A DNA stretch of 32,000 nt from Candidatus Kuenenia stuttgartensis (GTDB taxonomy: Bacteria; Planctomycetota; Brocadiia; Brocadiales; Brocadiaceae): assembly GCF_900232105.1 (NCBI RefSeq), contig NZ_LT934425.1, positions 1,440,001 to 1,472,000 of the forward strand, written 5' to 3'. Under the pieces are notes generated by a model. That model was not told the origin of the DNA. It searched no databases and was given only the letters and a program-made list of their open reading frames with translations. The position numbers were made by a program, and so were the translations under genes. The stretch's first letter is position 1, and each line of letters begins with the position of its first letter. Below, piece by piece: positions 23,762-31,347 of the stretch.

Positions 23762-25479
23762 ACCTAAATCCTGCAAACGATTTTCGCAATGCGAAAATCA
23801 GTATTTTCCACTACCAAGATTGGCAAAAAGCGATAACAGATATCCGTTTTTTAGCAATTGTGGTAGCGCTATTGTACTACTTTAAACAAAAAGACATGGG
23901 AAATTGTCGGAAACGTGCTCTCTGATGCAATGAAAATCAAGATAGGGATGTACTGTCTCCATCTGCGGTATACTTACCACTCTCAAAAGACTAAAAAAAC
24001 GAAATACAACGTCGGTTTTCTACTGAAAAACTACATCCAGTGACATGCGTTCCCACTTTTCCCATTCCTCCTGATGGAGAAATTTCTCCGGCAATTTTAA
24101 TGTCATCTGCCGGCTTCTCTCCACCAGTTTCCCTGCCACACGGATTAACCACAGTCTCATCGTCTTTACTTCCCACTGTTGTATCACTCCACCACTGAGC
24201 AATCCCATCCACTTCAAAAGATTATACGCTAACACCGCACACTGAAATAGCGCAGCATTGGCCAAAAATTCACCCGTACGTATGTGCCCCGCATTCATCT
24301 GTCCTTTACTCTCTTCTATCAAAGTCTCGCAGGTAGCCCTCTTTCCATAACAACGATGCGCTTCCATCGGACTTAACCGCTCCGTTGTAACGTAACAAAA
24401 ATACTCATACACGGACACTTCTACTAATTTCTTTTCTCTTTTGACCAATTGCCGCACTGCCACAAAACGTCTCGCACGATCCCACCCTGCACATCGATAC
24501 CAAAATTCAGCCTGTTCCCATCCTGGCTCCCCTTTCACCTCATTCCATTTCTGCCCTTCAAGCAATCCTTCCAGATTCTTCAGCTTTACCTTAATCAGAT
24601 ATCCCGCCAATATTGACTCAAGGTATTCAAGTAATTCTCCGGTAAAAAAACCGCTGTCTCCCCGAAATACCACCCTTACCCCCTTATTCATGTACGCCAT
24701 ACATTCCTTCATGAACTCTACTACTCCGTTACTCGTGTAGGCGCTTCCACAGCGGAACCAACTATGTAATACCTCCTTTGTTTCTGCAATAAATGCCATT
24801 AAGGGATGATACGCCTTCTGCCCCTTCTTGTGCGGATTATATCCTACCTCTGCACCCTCCTGTTTCCCATATACACCATCTACGGTAGAATCAACATCTA
24901 TCCATACTTCGCAAAGAGCACTCCTGAGTTTATGGCCTGATCTCACCGCACGCTTCCATATCTTTCCCCTAAACCGGTGGATCACCCCCGTCAGTTCCAC
25001 TATATCTCCCTGACTCGCCAGCTTCATAATACGTCCTATCGTAGTATCTACAGGTACCTCTTTCCACCCGGACATCTTCTTCAATACCTCATCTGTACAC
25101 ACCTTCATCACCTCTACCATCGATGTCGCCCCTGCTATCAACCCTATCACTACCATTTGTACCGCATCGATAAACTGATACCGGGCATTTGCTCCACGAT
25201 CCTTATGGACCGCTTCATGGACTCTCTCCCGGAACATCAGCTTACCCATAAAATTCAATACCGGTAAAAGCCCTGCATGTACCGTTAAGCCTTTCCCGCT
25301 CATCTCTGCCTTGATTTTCGGTTGTCTTTTGCTGTATTTTTTTGCTATATTCTTCATCGAAATGGTGAATCTCCTTTCAGGTGTTTTTTGTTATCAATAT
25401 ACCGCCGAATACCTTGGAAATCCTACCATTTCAATCCTATTCCTGCAACAAGGCTTTGCCTTGTTTGCAGGATTTAGGT
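23762..25479 (-). mobile_element. IS1380-family-like insertion sequence (about 1.7 kb)
   Basis: 17-bp perfect TIRs: ACCTAAATCCTGCAAAC (23762-23778) and GTTTGCAGGATTTAGGT (25463-25479). Size and transposase fit IS1380. Only a 3-bp ATA repeat flanks it, which is not decisive in AT-rich flanks. Subterminal hairpins lie at 23779-23799 and 25442-25471. Confidence 0.8.
24020..25357 (-). CDS. IS1380-family DDE transposase
   Basis: 445-aa ORF. The N-terminal GKGLTVHAGLLPVLNFMGKL resembles the ISEcp1-type NLTSNAGL motif. Length is typical of the family. Confidence 0.7.
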   Translation of the reverse strand: MKNIAKKYSKRQPKIKAEMSGKGLTVHAGLLPVLNFMGKLMFRERVHEAVHKDRGANARYQFIDAVQMVVIGLIAGATSMVEVMKVCTDEVLKKMSGWKEVPVDTTIGRIMKLASQGDIVELTGVIHRFRGKIWKRAVRSGHKLRSALCEVWIDVDSTVDGVYGKQEGAEVGYNPHKKGQKAYHPLMAFIAETKEVLHSWFRCGSAYTSNGVVEFMKECMAYMNKGVRVVFRGDSGFFTGELLEYLESILAGYLIKVKLKNLEGLLEGQKWNEVKGEPGWEQAEFWYRCAGWDRARRFVAVRQLVKREKKLVEVSVYEYFCYVTTERLSPMEAHRCYGKRATCETLIEESKGQMNAGHIRTGEFLANAALFQCAVLAYNLLKWMGLLSGGVIQQWEVKTMRLWLIRVAGKLVERSRQMTLKLPEKFLHQEEWEKWERMSLDVVFQ

Positions 25480-25489
25480 ATAACATTGC

Positions 25490-25516
25490 GATTATTGGAA
25501 TTTTTTCAAAAAACTA
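25490..25516. repeat. Truncated family arm beside the IS1380-like element
   Basis: GATTATTGGAATTTTTTCAAAAAACTA matches the right end of element A, GATTATTGGGATTTTTCAAAGAACTA (19421-19446), at about 24 of 27 positions. It lacks the terminal AAGTGTTAC. Confidence 0.6.
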
Positions 25517-25542
25517 CTCCAGACATGAGTTTGTAAGAAGTT

Positions 25543-27783
25543 TTATTTTACCTCAAGCACTATTTTTTTTACAGCAATATTTCCTGCAAGATCGAAGACA
25601 TTGATGACAACGGTATAGTTGCCCCGAAGTAGAGGTTCTGTTGTAATTCGAAAGGATTCCCGCAGGGAATCAAAAATCCCGTCAACGGGATTGGCGGGCA
25701 GCCATTCCTGCCCATCGACAGCATATTGAACCTTTACTATCTCACTGTATTCGTCCTGCGCAGAGCCGGTGATAATACCCCTTCCCTCCGGGGTAACATC
25801 AACCGTTATTGGCCCGGCGATTATAGGTTTTGAATTATCAATTATCAAGGGCTGCTGCAATGTTGCTTCAGAACTAAGTGCTGTTTCCGGCGGATTATCC
25901 GGATAATCGCCGGCTTCTAATTTGATTTGATACCTTCCGTCCGGCAGGCGCAGGGTATCCCATGTATACGAACCCTTGTTTTGATTACTTTTAGTAAGTA
26001 TTTTCCATGTATACTCGTCCATGCCTTTGTAGGAAACCGTAATCTGCAATGTGTCGTTATTTGGATCCTCTATTTCCCAAAGAATCTTTTTCTGTGCAAT
26101 TTCATGGTGTGGTTTTTGGGAGGATGGCAATTGAGACGTTGCTTCTGCTAAAGAACCATTTTTTGCTTGTGAAGGTTTTTGCGGCGAAGGAATATCCTTT
26201 TCTATCTCAAACATAATAATATTTGGCGGCTGGTTTTTCGGCAGATAGGACAAAGAGACCCTCTTTAAAGAAGGGGAGATTGCTGCATTTTCCGTTTGCA
26301 ATGTTGCCCTGTACTGAATAAAACGGGCAGGGGAATTTGTAATTTTTGCCCAAGGCGAGGTTCCGGACAATGACCAGTCACTCCAGGTTGCATCAGGTTT
26401 TTCAGAATTTCCCGTTCTGGTGGCCATGGTAATTTTAGTCGATGGCGGTTCTGCGCATGACCATGAAATATTTCCCCATGACGACAGGGATGATGTATCC
26501 AATACATTCGAGAGGAATGTGCCGGATTTCTCATATGCCGGCAATATCTTATACACCCTTCCCTCATTTCCAGAACCGACGTATAATTCGTTACGGTCAG
26601 TAATCCGGCAACAAAGCAACTGTCCAACTTCTGCTGCCGCAATACGGATAAACGAGGCATCACTAAAAATTTTATATATAGCGGATTCATTTCCAGTAAC
26701 TACAAAAAGATTTCCTTCTGCATCAAACACCATATCGAAAATGAATGCCTGTTCTATCTCGAAAATTTTTTCCGCAAACCCTTCTTCAGTGATCTTGTAA
26801 ATATAATTTGGTTTAAACGGGCTTCCTATCGTTTTGTGTTGCAGTCCAGATCTCTGCGAAGGATGTGTTTTCTGTTGAATATATGCCGTTTTAGTAACAG
26901 TTAGTTCATCCGGAATATTAAGGTCCCAGGCTTTTCCCTCTTTGAATGGAGATGCAATTACCGTTGTTTCTCCGACGGTTTTTGCCATGGGTGATTTAGG
27001 CATTGCCATCTGTGTGCCCGACGCAGTACCCGCATATATATTGCCGGAATAATCAATGGCAAGACAATGTATTTCCTCCTCTTCCGCATCGTAAAGTACA
27101 TGAGCGTTCCCGTTGTTGTCTATTTTATATATAAGGCCATTTGGTTCTGTCGCTACATATATGTTATTGTTTTTATCAAGTACGACGTCTAAAAGATTTG
27201 TTTCCGGAGAATCGAAAAGAATATCCGGGCATCCTTCTGGTGAGATTTTAAACAACAGGCCTTCATCTCCTGTTGCCACAATGAGATTGAAATTGCTGTC
27301 TATTTCCATATCCCATATATAGGAAACGGGCAGGCTGCAAAATACCGAACATTCCCCTTCTTTGCTGATTTTATAGATTATGCCCCTTGGCGCAGTACCG
27401 GCGTATATATTACCGTCTTTGCCGGCAATAATACTTTGCACATATAATTCCGGCGACCTGAAGATCTCTGCCGCTCCGGCATTGTCTTTTATGGAGTAAA
27501 CCGTTGCCGGGTCTCCGGCGCCAATGAATATGCGGCTTTGTTCATCCTGGGCGATTGACCATACGTAGGTATTATCAATGCCCTGAATGGTTTCTGTTTG
27601 AGGGGAAAGAGATAGCTCCCCTTTGCTGTGGATAGAAATGTTCTGATAGTCGCCTTTTTTAAAATCATACTCAGTGGATTGTGACCATGTATGGGTGGTC
27701 GTAGCGTTTGCAAAGGGGATCGATAGAGAGGAAAAAAGGAATATGGCTATGACTTGATTGCACGATGATAGAATCGTATTCAT
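25543..27783 (-). CDS. Secreted beta-propeller repeat protein with a C-terminal Ig-like domain
   Basis: The Met at 27783 gives a signal peptide (MNTILSSCNQVIAIFLFSSLSIPFANA) and begins 4 nt after the upstream stop. The blade-like motif recurs: NIYAGTAPRGIIYKI, NIYVATEPNGLIYKI, NIYAGTASG, NLFVVTGNESAIYKI, ELYVGSGNEGRVYKI. The C-terminus reads GNYTVVINVFDLAGNIAVKKIVLEV. Confidence 0.75.
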   Translation of the reverse strand: MNTILSSCNQVIAIFLFSSLSIPFANATTTHTWSQSTEYDFKKGDYQNISIHSKGELSLSPQTETIQGIDNTYVWSIAQDEQSRIFIGAGDPATVYSIKDNAGAAEIFRSPELYVQSIIAGKDGNIYAGTAPRGIIYKISKEGECSVFCSLPVSYIWDMEIDSNFNLIVATGDEGLLFKISPEGCPDILFDSPETNLLDVVLDKNNNIYVATEPNGLIYKIDNNGNAHVLYDAEEEEIHCLAIDYSGNIYAGTASGTQMAMPKSPMAKTVGETTVIASPFKEGKAWDLNIPDELTVTKTAYIQQKTHPSQRSGLQHKTIGSPFKPNYIYKITEEGFAEKIFEIEQAFIFDMVFDAEGNLFVVTGNESAIYKIFSDASFIRIAAAEVGQLLCCRITDRNELYVGSGNEGRVYKILPAYEKSGTFLSNVLDTSSLSSWGNISWSCAEPPSTKITMATRTGNSEKPDATWSDWSLSGTSPWAKITNSPARFIQYRATLQTENAAISPSLKRVSLSYLPKNQPPNIIMFEIEKDIPSPQKPSQAKNGSLAEATSQLPSSQKPHHEIAQKKILWEIEDPNNDTLQITVSYKGMDEYTWKILTKSNQNKGSYTWDTLRLPDGRYQIKLEAGDYPDNPPETALSSEATLQQPLIIDNSKPIIAGPITVDVTPEGRGIITGSAQDEYSEIVKVQYAVDGQEWLPANPVDGIFDSLRESFRITTEPLLRGNYTVVINVFDLAGNIAVKKIVLEVK

Positions 27784-27787
27784 AATG

Positions 27788-29608
27788 TTATTTAACCAAT
27801 ACGTGTATGCTTTGTTTACCGTTAAGAACATATTTAGTCGGAACCTTAGTAATTATTTCCCCCATAAGAGGTCCGATGCCGCTTTGACCTACATTATTCA
27901 TAATAGAAAAAATGGATTGAGGAAGCGAAGGAAGACCTTCTCCTTTATAGGTTAACCCATTTTTAGAGAGAAGGACGCGTACAATGAGATTGTTGTTTCT
28001 TTCCATATCGCAGACGTCGTCCAAAAGCTGTTCAAAATTAACAGGCAAATGCCTACCTGCAGCCCTTCCCATATCCAATGATTTGCTGAATTTCGCATCG
28101 CATGCCGTAATCTCAAGAAGGTCACCGGGGAGGACGTCTTCCGGGATTTTGATCTGAATTGTCTTGTAAATATCGTTTCCGGTGTAAGGCTTTAGCAATA
28201 CGTCCAAAGATAATTCATCTCCCGGTCGTACATAGTTATTTCTTGCCTGAATTGCTTCGATAGACGCAGTTTGCCGCAAATTCAGGATGTTAATCTTCAG
28301 ATCAATCTCCTGAACGGTAATTTCCTGAAACTGATTGTTGATAACCATTGCAAAGCATTGTGCAATTTCGTCGATAGAGAACCATGTCTGGTTAAATTCA
28401 TAATAGCTGTTTTTTAATATCAGTGGTTTCTCATATCCGTCAATCTTTGCGAAAAGCTGTATGTCAACGCACCGTTCACCCAATTTTTTTTCGGTGGCGG
28501 CAACAGCGCCCTGAGCCGCCATTAAAACAAGCACCGGTGTGAGCAGTTTGTTGTCCACAATTTCGAAGCTATATTCAATGTTTTGCGTGCCGTCAACTGC
28601 TATGCGACAGGGAATCATGCGGGAAAATGTGCCAATAGTACCGGCAACTCCCGATCTCCTGTCCTGATTAATCTGTCCGATTATTTCAACCGGCGACGCC
28701 ATTTTTACTGAATTGGAGTGACTGCTGAGGATTGCAAATACATGCGCCGTTGCCATCGGAATGTTCGTGGTTCCCGCATGCAAAAAGGGGTGTCCGAAGG
28801 CAAGTACCTGATCGCCATCAACATACGTAACCGTACCCACTACAGCGGCATTCAGGTCTCCTTTGATCAGCACTGCGGCTACCGATGCGCCTGGAACCAG
28901 CCTGGTTGGGTATGTCGCCGATGTTGCTGCATAGCTTCCGCCTTGCAGGGGGTACAAATTGTACGCGCTAAAAAAAGGGTTCATTTCTTCCAATGCCCTG
29001 CCTGAAAACCCTGATACTATTAAAGGAGAAATTATTGGCGCAATTTTTATCCCATGTCCCGGATGGTTTATCGCTTCATCCTGAATTTTTGGCAATGATG
29101 TTTGCGGTATTATTTCACCGGTATTTGCGGGCGGTAATGGAAGCTCCCATTCGGGCGAGGGGAATAATTTACTGCCATTTTCTTCAGGGAGATCGAACAA
29201 TGTACTTTTCATCTCATTTATTGGCGACACACCGGCAATCGCTTCTTTTGAAAAACTCCACCCATAGGCGACGGCGCCAATCAAACGATTATCTATGTAA
29301 ACAGGGCTTCCGCTCATACCTGCAATGATGCCGGTTTCTTCAAGAGGACCACCTGTCATTTTGATCAGAATAAGATCTGCCTTTGTTTCCCAATTTTTTA
29401 AGACGCCTAAAACCTCGACGCTGAAATTTTCAATACTATCACCGGAAAATACCGTCTTACCAAACCCTTTCATCCCGGGCTTGATCTCGTCGATACCCAT
29501 GAAACTTTCCTGTGCAAGGAGGGATTGAGGATTGGATAACGAAGCAAAAAAGGCAGATGCCGCAAAAAAAACGAATAAAAAATACCTGTTCAACGATAGA
29601 GATTTCAT
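27788..29608 (-). CDS. Secreted SpoIVB-type (peptidase S55-like) serine peptidase domain protein
   Basis: 606-aa ORF with a signal peptide (FLFVFFAASAFFASL). The N-terminal domain reads GFGKTVFSGDSIENFSVEVLGVLKN...LILIKMTGGPLEETGIIAGMSGSPVYIDNRLIGAVAYGW, with a GMSGSPVY serine motif that I recall from S55 domain proteins. Confidence 0.6.
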   Translation of the reverse strand: MKSLSLNRYFLFVFFAASAFFASLSNPQSLLAQESFMGIDEIKPGMKGFGKTVFSGDSIENFSVEVLGVLKNWETKADLILIKMTGGPLEETGIIAGMSGSPVYIDNRLIGAVAYGWSFSKEAIAGVSPINEMKSTLFDLPEENGSKLFPSPEWELPLPPANTGEIIPQTSLPKIQDEAINHPGHGIKIAPIISPLIVSGFSGRALEEMNPFFSAYNLYPLQGGSYAATSATYPTRLVPGASVAAVLIKGDLNAAVVGTVTYVDGDQVLAFGHPFLHAGTTNIPMATAHVFAILSSHSNSVKMASPVEIIGQINQDRRSGVAGTIGTFSRMIPCRIAVDGTQNIEYSFEIVDNKLLTPVLVLMAAQGAVAATEKKLGERCVDIQLFAKIDGYEKPLILKNSYYEFNQTWFSIDEIAQCFAMVINNQFQEITVQEIDLKINILNLRQTASIEAIQARNNYVRPGDELSLDVLLKPYTGNDIYKTIQIKIPEDVLPGDLLEITACDAKFSKSLDMGRAAGRHLPVNFEQLLDDVCDMERNNNLIVRVLLSKNGLTYKGEGLPSLPQSIFSIMNNVGQSGIGPLMGEIITKVPTKYVLNGKQSIHVLVK

Positions 29609-29782
29609 GCGGAAACTCTACCAAATTTAACAATTTATTGTCAAGCTATAAAAGAAGTTGAAATACCCCGATTAAGCATTTAAACTATACTCTCACATTA
29701 TAATCTATTCAAAGCACAGCAAAACCGCAATCATAAGTTAGGTTGGATTTTAAAAGATATAAACCCAACGGCATTCATTTTT

Positions 29783-29851
29783 ACCCGCCCCTCTAACCCC
29801 TCCCAGGAGGAGAATAGACAAGTCCCCTCTTAGGAGGGGTTAGGGGTGGGT
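29783..29851. repeat. C-tract / G-tract long hairpin next to element B
   Basis: ACCCGCCCCTCTAACCCCTCC (29783-29803) pairs with GGAGGGGTTAGGGGTGGGT (29833-29851). This is a 19-bp pairing with one G-T wobble and a 2-nt bulge. Confidence 0.6.
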
Positions 29852-29876
29852 TTGTTTATTGCTTGATTAAAAATAT

Positions 29877-30176
29877 TGTAACACTTTAGTTTTTTGAAAA
29901 ATGTATTACCTATAAGCTCCGTAGGAGCAGCCTGTTTGTAGCAAAATAGAATATTATAACAGATCGTAGAGACAGGTTTGAAACCTGTCTCTGCAATTAG
30001 GAGCGACCTGTCTCTTGTAAATCCATATTAAACAGGTCTGCCTGAATACGGACAGGTCGCTCCTACGGAGCTATTTACCTTATTGAATTTTATTGCGCTA
30101 CAAACAGACTGCCCCTGACGGGGCTACATGGTATTTTTTCTATAACGGGAATTTTTCAAAAAACTAAAGTGTTACA
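29877..30176. repeat. Nested palindromic element B (300 bp) with perfect 26-nt arms
   Basis: TGTAACACTTTAGTTTTTTGAAAAAT (29877-29902) is the exact reverse complement of 30151-30176, and the left arm is identical to that of element A. Interior complementary pairs: 29915-29928/30059-30072 (14 bp), 29932-29942/30097-30107 (11 bp) and 30000-30012/30051-30063 (13 bp). Local hairpins lie at 29968-29992 (12-bp stem) and 30111-30124. Confidence 0.9.
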
Positions 30177-30209
30177 AAATATTGAAATTTATGAACGTAG
30201 ATTTATATT

Positions 30210-30842
30210 ATGCCTTGTAACACCTCCAAAATAACACAGATACTTGACGTCCGAAATCAAGACCTTTACTGGACATCTATTGAAATAGCTGCTAAAGCTT
30301 TGAGGAACGGCGGGATAGTGGCTTTCCCAACGGAGACCGTATATGGCCTGGGCGTTCATAAGGATAATCCAGAAGCTATCGAACGGCTTTATGAGGCAAA
30401 GAAGAGGCCTGCAGAAAAGAGGCTGACCCTGATGATTGCCGATATCGGGGAAGTGGAACTATACGCGGGCGCTGTTTCTGATGTGGCAAAAAGGTTGATG
30501 GAGTCTTTTTGGCCGGGTCCCTTAGCGATTATTTTTCCGCTGAAGGATGGCTCAGACATTTGCGTAAGATTGCCCGATAATGCCATCGCAAGAGACTTAA
30601 TCCGCACCGCAAATATTCCGGTAGCAACTACCAGCGCAAACACTTCAGGGCATCCGCCGTCAACGGATGCATCACAAGTAACGGCATATTTTAAGGATGA
30701 AATCGACTTCATACTGGATGGCGGACCAACACCATCACACGAGCCTTCAACGGTTGTCAAAATAAAAGATGGAGTATGTGAGGTCGTTCGGCATGGCATT
30801 ATTCCCGAAACAACTATTCGAAATTGTCTTAAAAAATATTGA
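30210..30842 (+). CDS. tsaC: L-threonylcarbamoyladenylate synthase (TsaC/YwlC/Sua5 family)
   Basis: 210-aa ORF with GGIVAFPTETVYGLG, FWPGPL and ATTSANTSG motifs typical of the YrdC/Sua5 domain. Confidence 0.88.
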   Translation: MPCNTSKITQILDVRNQDLYWTSIEIAAKALRNGGIVAFPTETVYGLGVHKDNPEAIERLYEAKKRPAEKRLTLMIADIGEVELYAGAVSDVAKRLMESFWPGPLAIIFPLKDGSDICVRLPDNAIARDLIRTANIPVATTSANTSGHPPSTDASQVTAYFKDEIDFILDGGPTPSHEPSTVVKIKDGVCEVVRHGIIPETTIRNCLKKY

Positions 30843-30894
30843 GAATCGGGATAATTTTTTTGTACATTTTTTTATGGAAGATTGTGAAACGACA

Positions 30895-31347
30895 ATGAAG
30901 ATTGCAATAGCATCAGATCACAGAGGGTATGATTTTAAAGAACGTATTAAGGTAACATTGAAGGAATTAGGCCATTCCGTAACGGATTTTGGCACTTCAT
31001 CAAAATCGGAGTCCGTGGATTACCCCGATTTTGGAATGAAGGCGGCGCTTTCGGTGGGACACGGGGAATGCGACAGGGGTATTTTAATCTGCGGCACCGG
31101 AATAGGTATGTCGCTTGTAGCAAACAAGGTAAGGGGCGTCAGGGCGACTTTATGCCACAATCTTTATACGGTAGAAATGAGCAGACGGCATAATGATGCC
31201 AATGTACTGTGCATCGGTGCGGATATTATCGACGAAGAACTTTTGGAACAAAAAGTAAAACTATGGTTAGAAACGCCTTTTGAAGGGGGAAGACACGCCC
31301 GCCGTTTGGAGAAAATAGTGGAACTGGAAAATGGAGGCGGAATTTAA
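30895..31347 (+). CDS. rpiB: Ribose-5-phosphate isomerase B
   Basis: The track ORF starts at 30769 and overlaps tsaC. The canonical RpiB N-terminus MKIAIASDHRGY begins at 30895. Other motifs: ICGTGIGMSLVANK and GGRHARRL. Confidence 0.88.
   Translation: MKIAIASDHRGYDFKERIKVTLKELGHSVTDFGTSSKSESVDYPDFGMKAALSVGHGECDRGILICGTGIGMSLVANKVRGVRATLCHNLYTVEMSRRHNDANVLCIGADIIDEELLEQKVKLWLETPFEGGRHARRLEKIVELENGGGI

Noticed and set aside
23476-23925. 149-aa plus-strand ORF spanning the tRNA region, and ORFs 23342-23539 and 23991-24212
   Set aside because: They overlap the tRNA-Pro gene and the IS termini or transposase genes. Their translations are low complexity. They are not credible coding regions.
23762-24019. 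An explicit outward promoter in the IS1380-like 3' terminal region driving the tRNA
   Set aside because: I found a good -10-like TACAAT on the minus strand but no acceptable -35 at 16-18 nt. The idea stays as a hypothesis in the findings, not as a feature.
29833-29851. GGGGTTAGGGG as a telomere-like repeat
   Set aside because: It is a single occurrence that forms one arm of a hairpin. There is no tandem TTAGGG array, so the resemblance looks coincidental.
19199-30176. Whether the recurring 26-mer with variable intervening sequence could be a CRISPR array
   Set aside because: Copies are in inverted rather than direct orientation. Spacing is irregular, from 130 bp to kilobases. Genes lie between copies. 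No cas genes are present.
30182-30209. TTGAAA-N16-TATATT as a promoter for tsaC
   Set aside because: The -10 element would abut the ATG at 30210, placing the transcription start inside the ORF. No alternative start codon exists before the conserved TsaC motifs.
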